A DNA stretch of 64,000 nt. It comes from Elsinoe ampelina (lineage: Eukaryota). A program made the position numbers and the translations under genes. Numbering within the stretch: the stretch's first letter is position 1; every line of letters begins with the position of its first letter. The DNA is taken from assembly GCA_010093995.1 (NCBI GenBank), contig ML992512.1, positions 725,781-789,780 on the forward strand. The letters run 5' to 3'. Below the pieces are notes generated by a model. That model worked only from the letters and a program-made list of their open reading frames with translations. It did no database searches and was not told the DNA's origin. Positions 59,679-64,000 of this stretch are shown in pieces.

Positions 59679-62623
59679 CTACTCCCAGCTCATCCCCCCC
59701 CTCCTCTTCGGCCCATCTCTCGGGATCCACCACGGCCTTCCCTTCACCGGCCTCGGGCCTCCGGGAACGCCAGTGGGTCTCCCGGGCTGCGGGCGCGCGG
59801 AAGGAGCAGGGGGGGAAGGCTGGGGGCGACGGGTAGGGCGGGTAGGTACCTTTGGGACGGTCGCGGTAGTGGGGACGGGCGCGGGGCCAGGAGTGCCCGG
59901 GGCGCTGGGGCCGGGGACGCCGGGGCCGCTGGGGGCGCTTGGGACTGGGGCAGGAGCGCTGGGGACGGGGACGTTGCCCGTGCCCTGTGGGGGGCTGGGG
60001 ATGGTAGGGTTGGCGGTTTCGGTGGGGGTGACGACGGGGGCGATGGGGAGGGTGCCGTTGCTGCTGCCGCCGGAGATGGGGAGGGCGAGGATGCGTTCCG
60101 AGGCGCGCTCGGAGACGGCGATGATCAGGGCGGAGGGGTTGGTGGTGACCATGCCTGGGAAGACGGAGGCGTCGACGACGAAGAGCTGGGTGGGTTAGAA
60201 GGGGGTATGGTAGGAGAGGGCAGGGGGGCTCACGTTGTCGGTGCCGTAGACTTTGGTGTCGAGATCGACGACGGCGCTGCCGCCTTCGAGACCGCTGTCG
60301 GTGCCCATCTTGGAGGTACCCATCCAGTGGTTGGCGGATCGGGAGCCGACGGTGACGGGGTACTAATGCGTGTTAGCTTGTGCTTTTCGATGTGTTGATG
60401 TGTTTGACTTACAGAAGCGACAAAGGCCTCGGCGGTAATATTGGCAGCTGGGTAGATGATCTCAACACCAGAGACATTAGCAAAAGCAGCCCTCAAGTTC
60501 TTGATACCCTGGACGACAGCAGCCTTGTCCTCGTCAGTCTTGAGGAAAGGTGGGTCGGACACAGTCATGGACAAGCTGGGGGTAATAGTCAGGCGACCAC
60601 GAGAAGTAGAGCCACGACCGAGGTACTGAGAGATGGTCATGGTGCCGTTGTTGCCCATGTTGGCAGACCCCTCAACACGTGCAGTCCACTGGAGCTGACG
60701 CTTGATGCCATCAGCACCGTCGATCTCCTCCCAGAAAACCGGGCCAATGTTGGGAGCAGACTGGGTAAGGATACCTGTGCGGCCGTTGAGGTAAGCATCG
60801 CGATCGGCTTCGATAGGAGCCTTGAAGGCACCGTAGAAGTCGTAAAAGACGGACGAGGGAACACGGACGACGGTGTCAGTGTTGGTGTGGTCGTCAAGGT
60901 TCTCACCGACCGGCAGGTCAATCCACTCGGACTCGGCAATCATCTTGCCACTGTCAGAGGTGCTGGCAGCGACGGTCTGGAGCTGATCGGCGGGACCAAT
61001 ACCAGAACGCATGAGAATCTTGGTGGTACCGAAGACACCGGCGGAGAGAATGACACGTCCTCCAGGCTTGACGTTGACGTGACCGCAGTGACCACCCTGG
61101 CCGAAAGCCTCGACATCAAGACCAGTGATTGTGCTGCCAGTGCGAGTGACACGAGCGACGGTGGTATTGACCCAAAGGGCAAAATTGTCACGGGCATCAG
61201 CCTCGACGAGGTAGGTGGCCATTGGACCGTTGCGCTCACCATGAGAGTACATGTAAGGAGTGTGAGAGAAAGTCCTATGCTTCTCGCCTGGCTGCTCGTT
61301 GGCAGTGACGCTAGTCCAGCCGGCAGATGCCAAAGCAGTGCTGAGAGCGTTGTAACCCTGAGGAAGGTAAAGCTCACCATCAGCAGAAGGCCTGTCAGTC
61401 CATGGGATCTTGTTGAAGACACGCTCGATGGACTCGGTCATGTCGGCGGATCTCCAGCCCGCGGGGAAGTTGTAGTCGAAATCTTCTGGGTTGGCCTTCC
61501 ACCAGAGAGCGGCGTTGACGGCGGTTCCACCACCGAGGACGCATCCAGCCATAGCACCGGCGTCAGGGCATGCAATACCGGCAGAGTCGGCCCAGATCTC
61601 GTTGCAAAGACCTGGGACGTCGAAGCGGGTCAAGTTGGTGCCCTGGAGCCAAGCAGGACGCATGGTTCCACCCCAGCGGCCCGAGGAAGGAGGACCGCGC
61701 TCGATGAGGAGCACGCTCTTGCCAGCCTCAGCAAGCTTGGCAGCCATTGGGATACCACCAGCACCAGCACCGACGACGATGTAGTCGTAGGTGTTGTTGC
61801 CAGGGGCTGAGCCAGGAGCGCAAGAAGCTGGAGCAGATGGGAGTGGGGCAGCTGAGCTGGAAGGCGCAGCAGCGCTGGAAGTGCTAGGTGTGTCGGTGAC
61901 AGTGACTGGGAGTGAGGAGGCTCCGGAGGTCGCTGGGATCGAGGTGGGCGCAGGGGCGCTGGTTGGGGCCGGAGCACTGGTAGGAGCTGGCGCAGCAGCG
62001 GAGACCCAGTCATTGTAGGCAGCCTGGCGAGCATCGTCAACTGGCACACCAAAAAGATTGGCGTAGGTGTGCTGGGTGAAGGCCGAAGCAGGGTCGGCGA
62101 GATCTGTGGGAGGTGTGGTACCCTGAGCATATCCGACGACCTGAGCGTTGCCATCCACGGGGATACGAGAAGCACCGTCCCAGGTCCAGCAGTTTTCGCA
62201 CCTGTAGATGAGCTCGAAGGTGGTGTCGGTCACAGTCGTCTTCAACGGAGTGATGGTGGCATTGCCAGTGTAGACGTCTGGCAGGATGTATCCGCTGGCA
62301 TATCGGAAGGATGTAACCATCTTGCCCTCATTGGGCCACAGGAGGAGCAGGAGCGAGTTCGTCATGCTGCCTCCGAAGCTGAGACCAGTCCATCCTACAC
62401 CTGTGGTTGTGCCGGCGACACGGCCGATGAATTCTGTCTGCTTGTCGGCGGCATCGGCAGGGGGGAGCGCGTAGCCAATCTGGAGCGAACCGGTACCGAC
62501 CGTGTCCAGGGAAGCCTGGGAGACGATGATACCCGTGTCTGCATCAGTGTACGGGGCGACAGATGCCTGGCCCAAGACGGCCGAGGCGAAAGAAGCGGCG
62601 GAGAAAAGAGTGGTGGCCCTCAT
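59679..62623 (-). CDS. cdh: Cellobiose dehydrogenase (AA8 cytochrome + AA3_1 flavodomain) with Pro-rich C-terminal tail; introns 60363-60412 and 60186-60233
   Basis: Signal peptide, heme ligands in GGSM and FTQH, YRCENC, FAD motif YDYIVVGAGAGG, LTRFDVPGLCNEIW, and catalytic ANHW and TTNP after splicing. Confidence 0.95.
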
Positions 62624-63417
62624 CCTGGAGGTCTGTGTGGTGAAAAGAAGGGATATGAAAACGAATGACAGCAGTTGGATACGATCAACGTATCGAATGA
62701 ATGGACGCTCAAGTGAGCAGAAGGTGTGTAGAGAAGAGAAGGCCTACCGACATGGGCTACAGCGACATTTTGTTCAGCTGGATCCCCTGTGGAATGATTC
62801 CCCACAAGCCATTCGGCCCTGATATGTCACCAAGAAGGGAGCCACGGTTGGTGAGCCGCATGTTGGAGTCGTTGGAGGCGCCTGTGTGCGCTGAGAGTGG
62901 ACGTGCAGTGTTCCACGAGCGCGTGGTGCGCATCTGGACCTGTCAGGGACGATTCGAATTGCGGCTGCTTGCAGTGGTTGCGCCGGAGAATCTCAGCCAC
63001 GTGCGACATGGTTGCCAAAATGCAAAGGCTTTCATTCGCGGAAGAGGTTGTGAAGGAGATGGAGGTGCGTTCTGTGGCGCCAGAGTGGATCTGGGTCAGA
63101 TCGCTTCGTCTGCTTGAAACGTCGGCCCAGACAGGCAAAACAGGCCAAGACCAATTCCCAGATCCCCTTCATCTCTTTTCCTGCACAATCCCGCCCTCCA
63201 ACAACCACCAAGCAATTCTTTCTCACTGCTTTTCTCGATCCATGCAGTCGACCTGGACTCCACCAACCATGAGATATGGTACGGTGGATGGATCTAAGGC
63301 AGCAGATTGTGTCGAGACCTCCTTCGCGACCCGCTTCGATTCATTCCTTCGAGACAAGCCTCTGTAGCATGAGTTCTTTGGCACTCGCGTACCGACAAAC
63401 CCTGGTTCCGGGTATGT

Positions 63418-63425
63418 CGGCTAAA
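63418..63425 (+). promoter_or_regulatory. Possible XlnR/Xyr1-type site (CGGCTAAA) about 800 bp upstream of cdh
   Basis: Consensus match only. The same word also occurs at unrelated positions (~30047, ~38298). Confidence 0.25.
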
Positions 63426-64000
63426 TGAACTAACTTGCAACAGCCTTGCGATGAGTGTTGCTTCATTCCACTGGGTCGCATACATGCGGCAAACATCATC
63501 ACCAACTACTGCTAGCCAAATCAGCATACAGGACGAGTACAGTAATACCATGACCAGTCGTCGAATGCAGAAGCCTTGATGCAGTAGACCACCTTGAAAG
63601 TTTGATTCATCAATTGTGCATTCTTTACATGTATCGATAGATCTACGGTCCCATCTAGCTGGGAAGCACAATGAGCGAGTTTGCTGTTCAAGGATCCCTT
63701 CAACCACTGGTATGTTTGAGTCATCCCGGTCTGATGTGGTTCTCTCGAGCGAGAAACACACTCACCACTTCGCAGAGGCGTGCAGCGTCTTTCGACCGCT
63801 CCTTGTTAGTCTCCAAGATATGGTGCGTTCGAGCCAGCAAATCGCGGTCCGAAGGGTCGTTCGCCTTGAGAAGACAAATATACACCACCATCATGGGCAC
63901 AAAAGAGTACGTTGTAAACATCCAGGTAACAAGATTCGTGTCGCGCAGCAGTAGTGAGCCTTCAGCGGTACACGGTACGTTGGTGAACGTAATGAGCGCG

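Overview
Gene-dense eukaryotic DNA from a filamentous ascomycete: short GT-AG introns with CTRAY branch points and RIP-mutated AT-rich repeats. A Dothideomycete origin is likely but is only an inference. The window holds about 25 protein-coding genes or gene-like units: GH28 rhamnogalacturonase, AMACR-type CoA-transferase III, SnoaL/NTF2 protein, SDR, a coiled-coil protein, NDK, glucosidase II alpha, a FLILHELTA protein, GH128, Vps54, Mcm5, an AhpC-like protein, QTRT2, thymidylate kinase, Slx1, Lid2/KDM5, AP-1 mu, Nrp1-like RNA-binding protein, Rad9/Crb2, four tandem F-box-like orphans, a CASTOR/ACT protein, cellobiose dehydrogenase and two hypotheticals. It also holds two RIP-degraded mobile element regions and an H/ACA snoRNA that looks like the snR3 orthologue. 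Most interesting observations: (1) an unidentified ~290-nt highly structured minus-strand RNA candidate at ~15668-15958 with Pol III hallmarks and a loop of repeated CUGGA motifs; (2) a Tc1-like transposon with 28-bp TIRs, an apparent TGC (non-TA) target duplication and DD42E spacing; (3) a four-gene F-box-like paralogue array in which two copies each carry exactly one in-frame stop; (4) a recurrent C-rich-to-G-rich skew inversion that shapes many coding regions. Everything was read by eye, no searches were run, and exon boundaries are manual predictions.
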